64,000 nucleotides of DNA from Desulfobulbaceae bacterium (lineage in GTDB: Bacteria > Bacteroidota > Ignavibacteria > Kapaibacteriales > UBA2268): assembly GCA_018335795.1 (NCBI GenBank), contig JAGXRP010000082.1, positions 88,868 to 152,867 of the forward strand. The letters are read 5' to 3'. The position numbers and the translations under genes are program-made. Below are positions 1 through 10,130 of the stretch, piece by piece. The notes under the pieces were generated by a model, which ran no database searches, was not told where the DNA came from, and worked only from the letters and a program-made list of their open reading frames with translations. How positions within the stretch are numbered: the stretch's first letter is position 1; the number at the start of each line of letters is the position of its first letter.

Positions 1-1031
1 CGGCATTGACCGACTTTACAATTATGAGCCAAGGTACAAGCTATATGTTTGTGACAGGTCCTAAGGTTGTTAAAACAGTAACTAACGAAGATGTGACTGT
101 CGAAGAACTCGGCGGTGCAAGAGTGCACGGAACAAAATCGGGCGTAACGCACTTTGTAGCCGATAGCGAAGACGAAGGGCTTTTGCTCATTCGTAAATTA
201 TTGAGCTATTTACCACAAAATAACCACGAAGACCCACCGATTTACGTTTGCTCAGACCCAATTGACAGGCTCGAAAATAGTTTGAATTACATTGTGCCTG
301 ATAATCCGAACAAACCTTACGACGTTAAAGATGTTATTCACTCGATAGCAGATGATGAAGAATTTCTCGAAATTCATCGGCATTATGCCCAAAATATCGT
401 AATAGGATTTTCGAAATTTAACGGTACTCCTGTGGGAATAGTTGCAAATCAGCCGAACTACTTAGCAGGTGTGCTCGATATTAATGCATCACGCAAGGCT
501 GCTCGTTTTGTGCGTTTTTGCGATGCTTTCAATATTCCGATTCTAACCTTAGTAGATGTCCCGGGATTTTTGCCCGGAACAGCACAAGAATATGGCGGTA
601 TAATAATTCACGGTGCAAAATTATTGTTCGCTTATGGCGAAGCTACTGTTCCAAAAGTAACGGTTATTCTTCGCAAAGCATATGGGGGTGCCTATGACGT
701 AATGAGTTCGAAGCATTTACGTGGCGACATTAACTACGCTTGGCCCTCAGCCGAGATTGCAGTTATGGGACCTAAAGGTGCAATCGAAGTACTGTACCAA
801 AAGGAATTGAGTGCAATTGACAACCCCGAAGATAAAGCAAAATTCTTTGCGGAAAAAGAACAAGAGTATCGCGATAAGTTCGCTAACCCTTATGTAGCAG
901 CAAAACACGGCTATATTGACGATGTTATAGAACCACGAAATACAAGATTCAGAGTAATCAGAGCGCTACAAATGCTTTCATCGAAAAAAGATACAAATCC
1001 GCTCAAAAAACATGATAATATACCATTGTAA
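1..1031 (+). CDS. mmdA: Acyl-CoA carboxyltransferase (methylmalonyl-CoA decarboxylase alpha / propionyl-CoA carboxylase beta type), 5'-truncated by the window edge
   Basis: Motifs [48 protein letters not shown]-terminal KKHDNIPL. First gene of a carboxyltransferase-delta-biotin carrier-beta operon. The frame is open to the window start. Confidence 0.9.
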   Translation, partial: ALTDFTIMSQGTSYMFVTGPKVVKTVTNEDVTVEELGGARVHGTKSGVTHFVADSEDEGLLLIRKLLSYLPQNNHEDPPIYVCSDPIDRLENSLNYIVPDNPNKPYDVKDVIHSIADDEEFLEIHRHYAQNIVIGFSKFNGTPVGIVANQPNYLAGVLDINASRKAARFVRFCDAFNIPILTLVDVPGFLPGTAQEYGGIIIHGAKLLFAYGEATVPKVTVILRKAYGGAYDVMSSKHLRGDINYAWPSAEIAVMGPKGAIEVLYQKELSAIDNPEDKAKFFAEKEQEYRDKFANPYVAAKHGYIDDVIEPRNTRFRVIRALQMLSSKKDTNPLKKHDNIPL

Positions 1032-1049
1032 TAATGAGGGATAAACAAT

Positions 1050-1481
1050 ATGATAAATGAAACTTATAATTTGATTTCGGGATTGTTGATGCAATCAACT
1101 CCTCAGCCAATTACATCAATTACTTTTGATTTGCAAAACCAATGGATGGATGAAGCTTTTGGAATGTCAATAGTTGGAATGTTGGTCGTATTTGTTGCTT
1201 TGATAATTCTTGCAGTTATCATTTTCAATATTTCAAAAGTATTAGCTTATATGCAAAAAAAGAGATTGAAAACGCAAGGGGTTGTAGAAACGGAAACAAA
1301 AGATATTGCGGTCTCAGGCGAGATAAACGCTGCTATTGCAATGGCATTGAGCCTCTATTTTGGCGAAATCCACGATGACGAAGCTGTTGTACTCACGATA
1401 AAAAGAGCTCCCAGACCATATTCTCCTTGGAGTTCAAAAATATTTAGTTTAAGAGATATTTATAATAATTACCGGATTTAA
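1050..1481 (+). CDS. OadG/MmdD-family membrane anchor subunit of Na+-translocating decarboxylase
   Basis: GMLVVFVALIIL TM helix, AAIAMAL motif, C-terminal YSPWSSKI; operon position. Confidence 0.85.
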   Translation: MINETYNLISGLLMQSTPQPITSITFDLQNQWMDEAFGMSIVGMLVVFVALIILAVIIFNISKVLAYMQKKRLKTQGVVETETKDIAVSGEINAAIAMALSLYFGEIHDDEAVVLTIKRAPRPYSPWSSKIFSLRDIYNNYRI

Positions 1482-1483
1482 TC

Positions 1484-1924
1484 ATGAAAAAATTTGAATT
1501 TTCTATTCACGGAAACAAGTACGGTGTTGATATAATCAACATCGAAAATAACGTAGCAGAAATTGATGTAAATGGTACAATTTATAAAGTTGATATACAT
1601 AGTCAACAAAAAATCACTAAAACACCAACTCTGACCCGTGCTACAGCTCCACCGAATTATAATCCGGGTCAAAAAACCAACAAGCCAACCGATAAAAAAG
1701 GTGTTGGTTTGATTAAAGCACCATTGCCCGGTACAATACTCGAAATCAAAAAACGCCCGGGTGATTCTGTACAAGTTGGTGATACAATATTGATAATGGA
1801 AGCCATGAAAATGGAAAACGACATCAAAGCCGATAATAGCGGAGTTATCGTTTCAATCAAAGTCAACGTTAATGATGCTGTACTCGAAGGAGACGTATTG
1901 ATTGAAATCGGGAGCGGTGACTGA
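1484..1924 (+). CDS. mmdC: Biotin carboxyl carrier subunit
   Basis: APLPGTI and EAMKMEN biotinylation motif; Pro/Thr-rich linker. Confidence 0.9.
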   Translation: MKKFEFSIHGNKYGVDIINIENNVAEIDVNGTIYKVDIHSQQKITKTPTLTRATAPPNYNPGQKTNKPTDKKGVGLIKAPLPGTILEIKKRPGDSVQVGDTILIMEAMKMENDIKADNSGVIVSIKVNVNDAVLEGDVLIEIGSGD

Positions 1925-3072
1925 TGGAAGGTATAATGCATTTTATGGAACTCTCCGGTTTTGCTAATGTAACTTGGGGACACCTTATCATGATAATGGT
2001 AGGGTTGATTTTTATTTATTTGGCAATTACAAAAGATTACGAACCATTGTTGCTCGTGCCAATTGGATTTGGTATATTAATCGGCAATATCCCATTCATG
2101 GAAAATATGGGAATGCAAATCGGAATTTACGAAGACGGTAGTGTCATGAATATGCTTTATTACGGGGTTCTCAAAGGACTTTATCCTCCTTTGATTTTTC
2201 TCGGAATTGGAGCAATGACCGACTTTTCTACCTTGCTTTCAAATCCCAGATTGATGCTATTAGGTGCAGCGGCTCAAATCGGTATATTTCTGACATTCAT
2301 GACAGCATTAGCTCTTGGTTTTACATTGAACCAAGCTGCTTCAATTGGTATTATCGGTGGTGCTGATGGTCCAACAGCGATATTTTTGTCGTCAAGATTG
2401 GCGCCCGAACTCATCGGTGCAATTGCAATTGCAGCTTATTCTTATATGGCATTAGTGCCTGTGATTCAACCACCCATAATCAAATTATTGACTTCAAAAG
2501 AAGAACGCCTTATCAAAATGAAACCACCTCGTGCCGTTTCGAAAACTGAAAAGATGATTTTCCCAATAGTCGGATTATTGCTTACTACATTTATTTCTCC
2601 TGGTGCTTTGCCATTGCTTGGTATGCTATTTTTTGGCAATTTGCTTAAGGAATCGGGCGTAACAAAACGATTAGCTGATACTGCAAGCAAACAATTGATT
2701 GACATTGTAACGATTTTGTTGGGGGTTACTGTTGGTGCTTCCACACAAGCAACAACCTTCTTGACTCCGCAATCAGTCCTGATATTCGGGCTTGGAGCAG
2801 TCTCATTCATGGTCGCAACTGCCGGTGGTGTATTATTTGCGAAATTCATGAACTTGTTCTTGAAAGGCGATGACAAAATCAATCCTATGATTGGAGCAGC
2901 AGGTGTGTCGGCAGTACCTGATAGTGCTCGTGTTGTACATCAATTGGGGCAAAATGAAGACAAAACTAATTATCTTTTGATGCACGCAATGGCACCAAAC
3001 GTATCAGGTGTAATCGGTTCGGCAGTTGCTGCAGGTATTTTGCTCAGCTACTTAATGAAAGTGGGCTGGTAA
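1924..3072 (+). CDS. mmdB: Na+-translocating decarboxylase beta subunit (OadB/MmdB family)
   Basis: YEPLLLVPIGFG, GIIGGADGPTAI, AAYSYMALVP, GVSAVP, HAMAPNVSGVIGSAVAAG; highly hydrophobic. Confidence 0.95.
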   Translation: MEGIMHFMELSGFANVTWGHLIMIMVGLIFIYLAITKDYEPLLLVPIGFGILIGNIPFMENMGMQIGIYEDGSVMNMLYYGVLKGLYPPLIFLGIGAMTDFSTLLSNPRLMLLGAAAQIGIFLTFMTALALGFTLNQAASIGIIGGADGPTAIFLSSRLAPELIGAIAIAAYSYMALVPVIQPPIIKLLTSKEERLIKMKPPRAVSKTEKMIFPIVGLLLTTFISPGALPLLGMLFFGNLLKESGVTKRLADTASKQLIDIVTILLGVTVGASTQATTFLTPQSVLIFGLGAVSFMVATAGGVLFAKFMNLFLKGDDKINPMIGAAGVSAVPDSARVVHQLGQNEDKTNYLLMHAMAPNVSGVIGSAVAAGILLSYLMKVGW

Positions 3073-3079
3073 GAAACTT

Positions 3080-3232
3080 GTTCCGTCTGTTGTTACAAAA
3101 ACGGGACAGAGAACAAAGACGGGATAGAACAACTGACGGGACATATGGAATTTGACATAATATTTAATCGGGTCGCATGAATTTGCAACCCGATTTTTTT
3201 TTTGTCTCGTCAGTTGTGACATCTGACGGAAC
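3080..3232. repeat. Cluster of GTYCCGTCAGTTG...CAACTGACGGRAC palindromic (REP-like) repeats
   Basis: Copies or half-copies at 3080-3107, 3113-3125, 3128-3142 and 3204-3232; same family recurs near 50060, 51932, 52652, 52733 and 53019. Confidence 0.7.
3166..3203 (+). terminator. Rho-independent terminator of the decarboxylase operon
   Basis: aatcgggtcgca / tgcaacccgatt stem followed by a long T run. Confidence 0.75.
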
Positions 3233-3246
3233 AGTACAAAGCGCAC

Positions 3247-3340
3247 AAAAAACCAAAGCGAGCACGCGGAGTTCGCTTTGGTAGAGAAATTGTGTTTTGA
3301 TTTTGTTTTAAAATTAACAAATTTTAAAATAATTAGAGAC
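3247..3340 (-). ncRNA. Candidate small RNA (about 90-95 nt)
   Basis: Minus-strand TTTG-N18-TATATTTG promoter (-7 box at 3352-3345), no ATG-initiated ORF, ends in stem ccaaagcga/tcgctttgg plus U6. Confidence 0.4.
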
Positions 3341-3554
3341 AATGCAAATATACAAAATTTTTGAACATTCCAAATCAAATTCATTTTTTTTAAATAAATT
3401 CAACTATCCAAAATTTTCTGTGACTTTTACCACTTTCATGTGTCATAGATAATAGGGAAATATCGAATTAAATATTTTTCTATGAATTTTGTGTAATTTG
3501 ATTTTGAATAATAGGGATGAATATGAATAAGATTTACTATTTTTTGGGGCAGCT

Positions 3555-4136
3555 ATGAGCGAATTTACGGCTATAAGAAAAATATATAATTATCCGGGAT
3601 TGAAAACAAGTGACTATGAGCGAATTTGTTCTTCTCACGAAAAAGTCATAATCTCGAAAGGTGATTTTCTGCTCCGCGAAGGACAAATAGCGAACGAATA
3701 TTTTTGCTTGGAAGAAGGCTTGATGCGTGCTTATGCAAATAGCTACGAAGGTAATGAAGTAACTACGGCATTCTTTAGTCCGGGTGATATTATAATCGAA
3801 GTGGCTTCGCTATTTTTGCGAATACCTACAAAGGAAAACATACAAGCGCTGACTGATTGTAATTGCTGGAAATTATCTTTTAGTGACTTTCAGGAATTAT
3901 TCCAAAATATAAATGCTTTTACCGAATGGGGCCGGACATGGATGGCAAGAGTGCTTTTTTCTACTAAGCAGCGCTCGCTGTCAATGATTACAGACTCAGC
4001 AACTGATAGATATCTTGCACTTTTGCGGGAAAAGCCGGAAATATTGCATTATGCGCCTCTTAAACATGTAGCATCATATTTGGGTATCACCGACACTTCA
4101 TTGAGTCGAATAAGAAAATACATCTCCTCTAAATAG
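3555..4136 (+). CDS. Crp/Fnr-family regulator (cNMP-binding domain plus HTH)
   Basis: KGDFLLREGQ cNMP-fold start; C-terminal VASYLGITDTSLSRIRK HTH typical of Bacteroidota Crp-like proteins. Confidence 0.9.
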   Translation: MSEFTAIRKIYNYPGLKTSDYERICSSHEKVIISKGDFLLREGQIANEYFCLEEGLMRAYANSYEGNEVTTAFFSPGDIIIEVASLFLRIPTKENIQALTDCNCWKLSFSDFQELFQNINAFTEWGRTWMARVLFSTKQRSLSMITDSATDRYLALLREKPEILHYAPLKHVASYLGITDTSLSRIRKYISSK

Positions 4137-4144
4137 CTGTCATT

Positions 4145-4162
4145 TCTTGTCTTATGACAAGA
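4145..4162. promoter_or_regulatory. Palindromic candidate operator for the adjacent Crp/Fnr regulator
   Basis: TCTTGTC-N4-GACAAGA just after the regulator stop codon and upstream of the VOC gene. Confidence 0.55.
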
Positions 4163-4229
4163 TTTTTTTAATTGACTAACTTTATTTTTGTATTGAATTA
4201 AGTTTATTCAATATTTTAATGAGGTTTAT

Positions 4230-4592
4230 ATGTATAATAGAGTAGTGCATTTCGAAATTCCTTGCGACCAGCCTGCTAAAACAATGAAATTCTTCGAGGA
4301 AGTTTTCAGTTGGAATTTCCAACAAATGGGCGAGGAAGATTATTGTTTTGCGGTTTCGGGCGATAATACATCTCCGGGAATTAATGGTGCGGTAATGGCC
4401 AAAAAGGAGCCTCGCCAACCTTTGGTAAATTCGATAATAGTCGAGAGTATTGACGAAATATCGGAGAAAATTGTCAGCTCAGGTGGAGTAATCGTACTCC
4501 CGAAAATGGAAATTCCCGGTGCCGGATGGATAAGCTATTTCACGGACCCTGATGGGAATATTCATGGCATTTGGCAAGAACTAAACGGTTAA
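4230..4592 (+). CDS. VOC/glyoxalase-bleomycin resistance family protein
   Basis: VVHFEIP, GINGA, PKMEIPGAGWISYFTDPDGN motifs. Confidence 0.9.
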   Translation: MYNRVVHFEIPCDQPAKTMKFFEEVFSWNFQQMGEEDYCFAVSGDNTSPGINGAVMAKKEPRQPLVNSIIVESIDEISEKIVSSGGVIVLPKMEIPGAGWISYFTDPDGNIHGIWQELNG

Positions 4593-4598
4593 ACAAAG

Positions 4599-5093
4599 GT
4601 GAAAATAATGAACAAATATAAAATCGAAATAAAATGGGCATTAATATTTGCAGCTATGATGTTGCTTTGGATGTTGTTAGAAAAAGCACTCGGATTACAT
4701 TCAGAGCATATTGATAAGCATGCGAATTATACTAATTTTGTTGCGATTCCTGCGATTGCATTGTATGTATTTGCTTTGCTCGATAAGAGAAAGAATTATT
4801 TTAATGGCACAATGTCATACAAGAACGGCGTAATCACAGGTCTGATAATTACATTGATAGTCACAATATTAAGTCCGGTGACTCAATACATAACATCAAC
4901 TCTTATAACCCCCGAATATTTCCCGAATGTTATCAATTATGTTGTAGAAACTGGGAAAATGACTCATGCCGAAGCAAGTGATTACTTCAATCTCCAAAGC
5001 TATATAATTCAGGGGCTTATCGGAGCACCGGTTATGGGTATCATCACCACAGTAATCGTCTCATTCTTTGTCAAAAAGGTTCATTCAAATTGA
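4599..5093 (+). CDS. DUF4199-like membrane protein (start may be ATG 4608)
   Basis: Four hydrophobic helices, IEIKWA start, ITPEYF motif. Confidence 0.75.
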   Translation: MKIMNKYKIEIKWALIFAAMMLLWMLLEKALGLHSEHIDKHANYTNFVAIPAIALYVFALLDKRKNYFNGTMSYKNGVITGLIITLIVTILSPVTQYITSTLITPEYFPNVINYVVETGKMTHAEASDYFNLQSYIIQGLIGAPVMGIITTVIVSFFVKKVHSN

Positions 5094-5237
5094 TTTTGAT
5101 TTTTTGAGATTCTTTCAGTTTTGTAGATTTTGTCTCTTTGCTTTGATAATAAAGTAGTGCTAATATTATCGTGAATTCAATAGGAGACTTGAGTATGAAT
5201 AATTATTTATCATTTTCAACTTTTATCTGGAGGTAAC

Positions 5238-7136
5238 ATGAGTTACTACAAATTATATTTAGCAGCAATCATTTGTATGATTAGCTTTACAATTAACGCA
5301 AACTCTTGGGAGAGAATTGCAGATTATGGAGGACCTGCTACCGATGGTTGCATTTCTTTTGAAATTGATGGTTTTGGGTACGTTGGTGGCGGACCAAAAG
5401 AGAAAAATTTCTGGAGATATGACCCAAGCAAAAATACGTGGGAAAAGATGCCCGACATTGGTGGTGGCGAGCGAGGTTGGGCTTTTCACTTCGTGATTGA
5501 CGGTATTGCTTACGTAGGTGGAGGTGACCCAACCGGTACATCGGGAACCTTAAAAAAAGATTTCTGGAAATTTGACCCTACTACAAAAAAATGGACACAA
5601 TTAAGAGATTTCCCCGGTGGACCTCGTGACGCATGCTTTAACTTCTCAATAAACGGCAAAGGCTATATCGGTGGTGGATTTAGTGGAGCAGGTGGCGGTG
5701 TGCATAAAGACGTTTGGGAATACAATCCCAAAAATGATTCTTGGACTTATATAACTGATTATCCCGAAGAAGGTATATTATTTTCCAATGCGATTGTTGT
5801 AGATGGCCGAGTTTTCGTTGGCTTAGGCAATCTTACTTTCGGGGTTGCCGAATATATAACATGGTATGAATTCAATCCTTCAACCTATCAATTTACCCCA
5901 AAAAGATCATTTACCGGAGCTGCACGACAAACTGCAGTTGCATATACTATGAAAGGAAAAGTTTATATCGTAGGCGGTCAAAGCCAATACACCAATACTT
6001 ATACTGATTGCTACGAATATGACCCAAAAACTAATAATTGGAAACTAATGACCGGCTTGAACTTACCATATAAAAATACAGCTTGGTCATGTGGATTTAC
6101 AATTGGTGAAGATATATTTTTCGGCACAGGCGTAACTTTACCTGACTTTCAGTTTTCGCGAAATTTCTATAAATATTCATTTGGTGAAAAACCCAAAGAG
6201 CCCAAATTAACTGTTGACCAATATGTACTAGATTTTGGGACTAAGAAAGTTAATGAAACAGCCAAACAAACAGTTCAGTTGTACAACACCGGAGAAGCTC
6301 CCTTAGTAATTGATTTAATTAAATTGGTTGATGATGATTACATGGCTTTTTCAATTCCTGATAGTTATGAAGGAGTAACTATTCAGCCGAACGGAGTTTT
6401 GGATTTAGAAGTAACTTTCAATCCCAAAATTATTGCTGAAGATTTTTATGCTATGATAATAATCGAATCGAACGCAACGAATGCAGCTACTGAACTTGTA
6501 GAGCTTTTCGGGCAATCTGAGGCAGCAGGTTCACCAAGTATGACACTATCAGTTCAATCAATAGATTATGGCAAGGTCGAATTGACTGAAAATGGAACAA
6601 GCCAATTTACAATCAGTAACATTGGAGATGCAGACTTAATAATTAAATCAATCGGAATTGAAGGAGAGGATAATCCTTACTTTGGATTTACTCATCCTAC
6701 AAATACTACCATTCAACCGGGCGAAAACTTAATTGTCCAAACCACTTTCGCTCCGACTGAAACCCGAGTGTACAATGCTTCAATAATCATTGAGACCAAT
6801 GATACAGAGCATGAAATGGTAGAAATCCAGCTAACCGGAGAGGGAGTATCAACTCCTAATAGTGTTCGTGATTTCGATTTGAGAGATTATGTTGCATTAT
6901 TTCCCAATCCGGCAATAAGTCAACTTAATATCAATTTAAATAATTTGCATATTGGGCAAATCGAAAAAATGCATATTAGCGATTTGAATGGAATAGTTTT
7001 GACCGAATCGATTTCAGTGAAAGGCGATAAACTCGAATACACATTCAATTTGAGCGGCTTGGCAAACGGAATTTACTTTTTGGTATGCGAAATTGGTGGG
7101 CAGCGATATTCAACCAAATTTAGCATAGTAAGATAA
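5238..7136 (+). CDS. Secreted Kelch-repeat protein with two ASH/choice-of-anchor D Ig-like domains and T9SS CTD
   Basis: Signal peptide; GG...Y(D/N)P...W Kelch repeats; LDFG/IDYG...N.G...L.I domains; CTD FPNPA...GIYFL...KFSIVR. Confidence 0.85.
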   Translation: MSYYKLYLAAIICMISFTINANSWERIADYGGPATDGCISFEIDGFGYVGGGPKEKNFWRYDPSKNTWEKMPDIGGGERGWAFHFVIDGIAYVGGGDPTGTSGTLKKDFWKFDPTTKKWTQLRDFPGGPRDACFNFSINGKGYIGGGFSGAGGGVHKDVWEYNPKNDSWTYITDYPEEGILFSNAIVVDGRVFVGLGNLTFGVAEYITWYEFNPSTYQFTPKRSFTGAARQTAVAYTMKGKVYIVGGQSQYTNTYTDCYEYDPKTNNWKLMTGLNLPYKNTAWSCGFTIGEDIFFGTGVTLPDFQFSRNFYKYSFGEKPKEPKLTVDQYVLDFGTKKVNETAKQTVQLYNTGEAPLVIDLIKLVDDDYMAFSIPDSYEGVTIQPNGVLDLEVTFNPKIIAEDFYAMIIIESNATNAATELVELFGQSEAAGSPSMTLSVQSIDYGKVELTENGTSQFTISNIGDADLIIKSIGIEGEDNPYFGFTHPTNTTIQPGENLIVQTTFAPTETRVYNASIIIETNDTEHEMVEIQLTGEGVSTPNSVRDFDLRDYVALFPNPAISQLNINLNNLHIGQIEKMHISDLNGIVLTESISVKGDKLEYTFNLSGLANGIYFLVCEIGGQRYSTKFSIVR

Positions 7137-7162
7137 AACTATAAGCATAAATTAAATATTTT

Positions 7163-7202
7163 TAGGTCATTATTTGCACAATAAAGTGTTGATAATGACC
7201 TA
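7163..7202 (+). terminator. Inverted repeat downstream of the Kelch gene (possible terminator)
   Basis: taggtcattat ... ataatgaccta. Confidence 0.45.
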
Positions 7203-7377
7203 TTTAATTTGAAACACAATTGAATACTGTTTTTCTGGCTAAATACCTTAATTCCGAGAATGAAAAATTAAAATAAATAGAAAATCACAACAAAATAAAA
7301 ATAATTTGCAGTTAGAAACGATTTATTAGTTTTGTAATATGACATTTTTTCGGGAATAAAATTATTAAAGGTTTAAC

Positions 7378-8616
7378 ATGAAAATTCATGAGTACCAAGC
7401 CAAAGAATTGCTGAAGCGTTACAAGGTACCGGTTCTGAAAAACAGAGTAATTTTCAATGCATTTGATGCAGGAAAGATTACTTATGATGAATTTGAATCA
7501 CAGGGAATTGGCACAGTTGTTTTAAAAGCTCAAATACATGCCGGTGGCAGAGGCAAAGGCACAGTAAAAAATATCGAAACAGGACAACCAATTAATTTAT
7601 TTGACAAGCCTGTCAGAGGTGTCAATATAATTCGTAACGGCAATATTTCCGACAAAGTATATCAATATTCGAGAGAAATATTGGGCAATCGTCTCGTTAC
7701 CATCCAAACAGGCGAAGAAGGAAGCATCGTTTCCAAAGTCTTAGTTGAAGAAGGCGTCGCAATTGACCGCGAATTCTATGCATCCATCACATTGGACAGA
7801 ACTACCGGTAAAAATGTTATTATGGTTTCCACCGAAGGTGGCGTTGAGATTGAAAAAGTTGCCGAAGAGACTCCCGAAAAAATCTTGAAGGAACACATTG
7901 ACCCTGCAACGGGATTCCAACAATTCCAAGCACGCAGTCTTGGGTTCGGTCTCGGACTTGCTGGTGAAGCATTCAATAATTTTGTGAAATTCATCAATAA
8001 TTTGGTCGAAGCATACGAAGATTTGGATTGCAGTTTGGTAGAAATCAATCCTTTGGTGCTAACAAATGACGGCAAAATGATTGCTTTAGATTGCAAAATG
8101 ACTTTTGACGAAAATGCTTTGTTCCGCCATCCGGAATATATGGAATTACGTGACATTACTGAAGAAGACCCTTTGGAGGTTGAAGCATCAAAGTATAATT
8201 TGAACTACATCAAATTGGATGGCAACGTCGGATGTATGGTAAACGGTGCCGGATTGGCGATGGCAACAATGGATTTGATACAACTTTCGGGTGGCAAACC
8301 TGCCAATTTCTTAGATGTGGGTGGCGGTGCAAATCCTGAAAGAATTGCGAATGCATTTCGAATAATGATGAGCGACAAAAATGTAAAGGCTGTATTAATC
8401 AATATATTCGGCGGAATAGTTCGTTGCGACAGAGTGGCTCAAGGTATAATTCAAGCATTAAATACTGTGCATGTTAATATGCCGGTGATTGTCCGCTTAG
8501 ACGGTACTAATGCTGAAGAAGCGAAAGTAATGCTTTCAAAATCGGGGCTATCATTTAAAGTAGCCGAAAATTTTGAACATGCAGCGCAATTGGTTGATGA
8601 TGTAATGAAAAATTAG
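7378..8616 (+). CDS. sucC: Succinyl-CoA synthetase beta subunit
   Basis: MKIHEYQAK, KAQIHAGGRGK, EINPL, GCMVNGAGLAMATMD, PANFLDVGGGA, NIFGGIVRCD. Confidence 0.97.
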   Translation: MKIHEYQAKELLKRYKVPVLKNRVIFNAFDAGKITYDEFESQGIGTVVLKAQIHAGGRGKGTVKNIETGQPINLFDKPVRGVNIIRNGNISDKVYQYSREILGNRLVTIQTGEEGSIVSKVLVEEGVAIDREFYASITLDRTTGKNVIMVSTEGGVEIEKVAEETPEKILKEHIDPATGFQQFQARSLGFGLGLAGEAFNNFVKFINNLVEAYEDLDCSLVEINPLVLTNDGKMIALDCKMTFDENALFRHPEYMELRDITEEDPLEVEASKYNLNYIKLDGNVGCMVNGAGLAMATMDLIQLSGGKPANFLDVGGGANPERIANAFRIMMSDKNVKAVLINIFGGIVRCDRVAQGIIQALNTVHVNMPVIVRLDGTNAEEAKVMLSKSGLSFKVAENFEHAAQLVDDVMKN

Positions 8617-8626
8617 AGTTTAAACA

Positions 8627-8686
8627 AAATCCCCCTTAATCCCGCTTTGCCAATGGGGGAAAGGGAGCTTGCGAGCTGGGGGATTT
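8627..8686. repeat. CCCCC/GGGGG-type palindromic repeat after sucC
   Basis: aaatccccc ... gggggattt arms with an internal hairpin; resembles the elements at 40211, 40277 and 51850. Confidence 0.5.
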
Positions 8687-8734
8687 ACTAAATGAAATTG
8701 TAATCTCAACATTCGTTTCATTCTATAGAAAAAT

Positions 8735-8772
8735 GAGGCTATCCTTTGGGGACAGCCTCGTTTTTTTTTTTG
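8735..8772. terminator. Terminator between convergent sucC and lipoprotein gene
   Basis: gaggct.tcc / ggacagcctc stem, T12 on the + side, A run on the other. Confidence 0.75.
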
Positions 8773-8786
8773 TTAATTAGCTTTAA

Positions 8787-10097
8787 TTATTCAACAAAAG
8801 GAATTTTGCGGAAACTCATCTTTGTGTAAGATGAAGATGAAGTCGTGACAATGAGTTTGTCGTCAATTAATTTGAAAGATTCTGATAGATTAAGAGATTC
8901 CTGAAACTCATTTGATAAAGAACAATATGCTTCAGTTGTTATAAATATTTTTAACCCCATTTCATTTTGTTCATTTGCAAAATAACCGAATCCGTATGCA
9001 TTACACCCCGAATGTCCATTTCCGTAATATTCATCTCTGAAAACAACTGTAAATTTTGAAGCAAGAGGCTTAGTGAAATTTTCCGGAAAATCTATATTAC
9101 CTTTATCATCTTCAAAAGACACCCATTCCCAAGCAGTATTTTTTAATGGATTTAATGTTCCGGTAATTGGGTCTGAGCCATCGCCTTCAAGATGAAACTC
9201 ATCAGTTTTAGAAAATTCGACAGGTTCGCTGCGTTTTTTAAGTTTAATCAAATGAAATGGATAACCAATGTCATCAGTACCTATTTCCGGAATAAACAAA
9301 GTGGAATTTACAGTGATTTTTTGATTTTGCAAGATTACAGAAGTAATCCTGAGATAAATACTGCCGCTGCTTGTCGGACCATTCATTACGATAATGTACA
9401 TATCTTGAGAATAATCAATGTCCGGCAAAACAACAGGAACCGGAACGCCTCCATCAATTTGATTTGAATGAACCAATTTCAAAAAGGCATCTTCCTCGGC
9501 TTTACTTCGAATAGCCATTCTGACCGGAGTTGCGGCTTCGATGCCGTGTGAGCCGGTTCTGATGCTTTCGAATGGTAATTCCTCAAATTCGTCGTTAGTG
9601 GGTAGTTTAACAACTCGAGTTTTGCTAAATTCAAATTCGCCGGCAAAATGCTTTGTTTTAACGATATGAATCGGATAGCCAATGTCCGCAGTTCCAATTT
9701 CGGGAATGTATTCAGAAGTTGAAATTACGAGTTTGCCATCATTCTGCATAAGTGACGTGATTTCTACCCAAATTGAACCACTTGGTTTGGGCCCACCAAA
9801 AAATACTACAAGCATTTCATTACCGTAATCAATCTTTCCAAATTTGACATCAATTGTTTCTGAATGAGAATCGAAACGCATTGATCTCAAAGCCGAGAAA
9901 ACCGCTTCCTCTTCTGCTTTGCTACGAATTACAGTTTTGATTTCGTCCTCACCATTATAAGAGCGATTTGATTTAAGAACTGTTTCGAAACTTATTTCTT
10001 GAGTCAATCTATAGTTGTCATCTACACCAAGCGGGTCTTCGCAAGATGTCAGCCATAGCATAGCAAATGCTGCTATTGTTAAAATAATCTTTTTCAT
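8787..10097 (-). CDS. Lipoprotein with two PrcB C-terminal-like repeats and a META domain
   Basis: Lipobox LTSC; duplicated IDY..M..V..GP..SGS..I.ITS...PEIGT.DIGYP.H.(V/I)K; C-terminal G.SGCN...TEAYC META pattern. Confidence 0.75.
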   Translation of the reverse strand: MKKIILTIAAFAMLWLTSCEDPLGVDDNYRLTQEISFETVLKSNRSYNGEDEIKTVIRSKAEEEAVFSALRSMRFDSHSETIDVKFGKIDYGNEMLVVFFGGPKPSGSIWVEITSLMQNDGKLVISTSEYIPEIGTADIGYPIHIVKTKHFAGEFEFSKTRVVKLPTNDEFEELPFESIRTGSHGIEAATPVRMAIRSKAEEDAFLKLVHSNQIDGGVPVPVVLPDIDYSQDMYIIVMNGPTSSGSIYLRITSVILQNQKITVNSTLFIPEIGTDDIGYPFHLIKLKKRSEPVEFSKTDEFHLEGDGSDPITGTLNPLKNTAWEWVSFEDDKGNIDFPENFTKPLASKFTVVFRDEYYGNGHSGCNAYGFGYFANEQNEMGLKIFITTEAYCSLSNEFQESLNLSESFKLIDDKLIVTTSSSSYTKMSFRKIPFVE

Positions 10098-10130
10098 AAT
10101 ACTATCTCCTAAAAATATATATTTATTTAA

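Noticed and set aside
3052-3384. 110-aa minus-strand ORF
   Set aside because: Runs through palindromic repeats and two terminators; looks like translated non-coding DNA.
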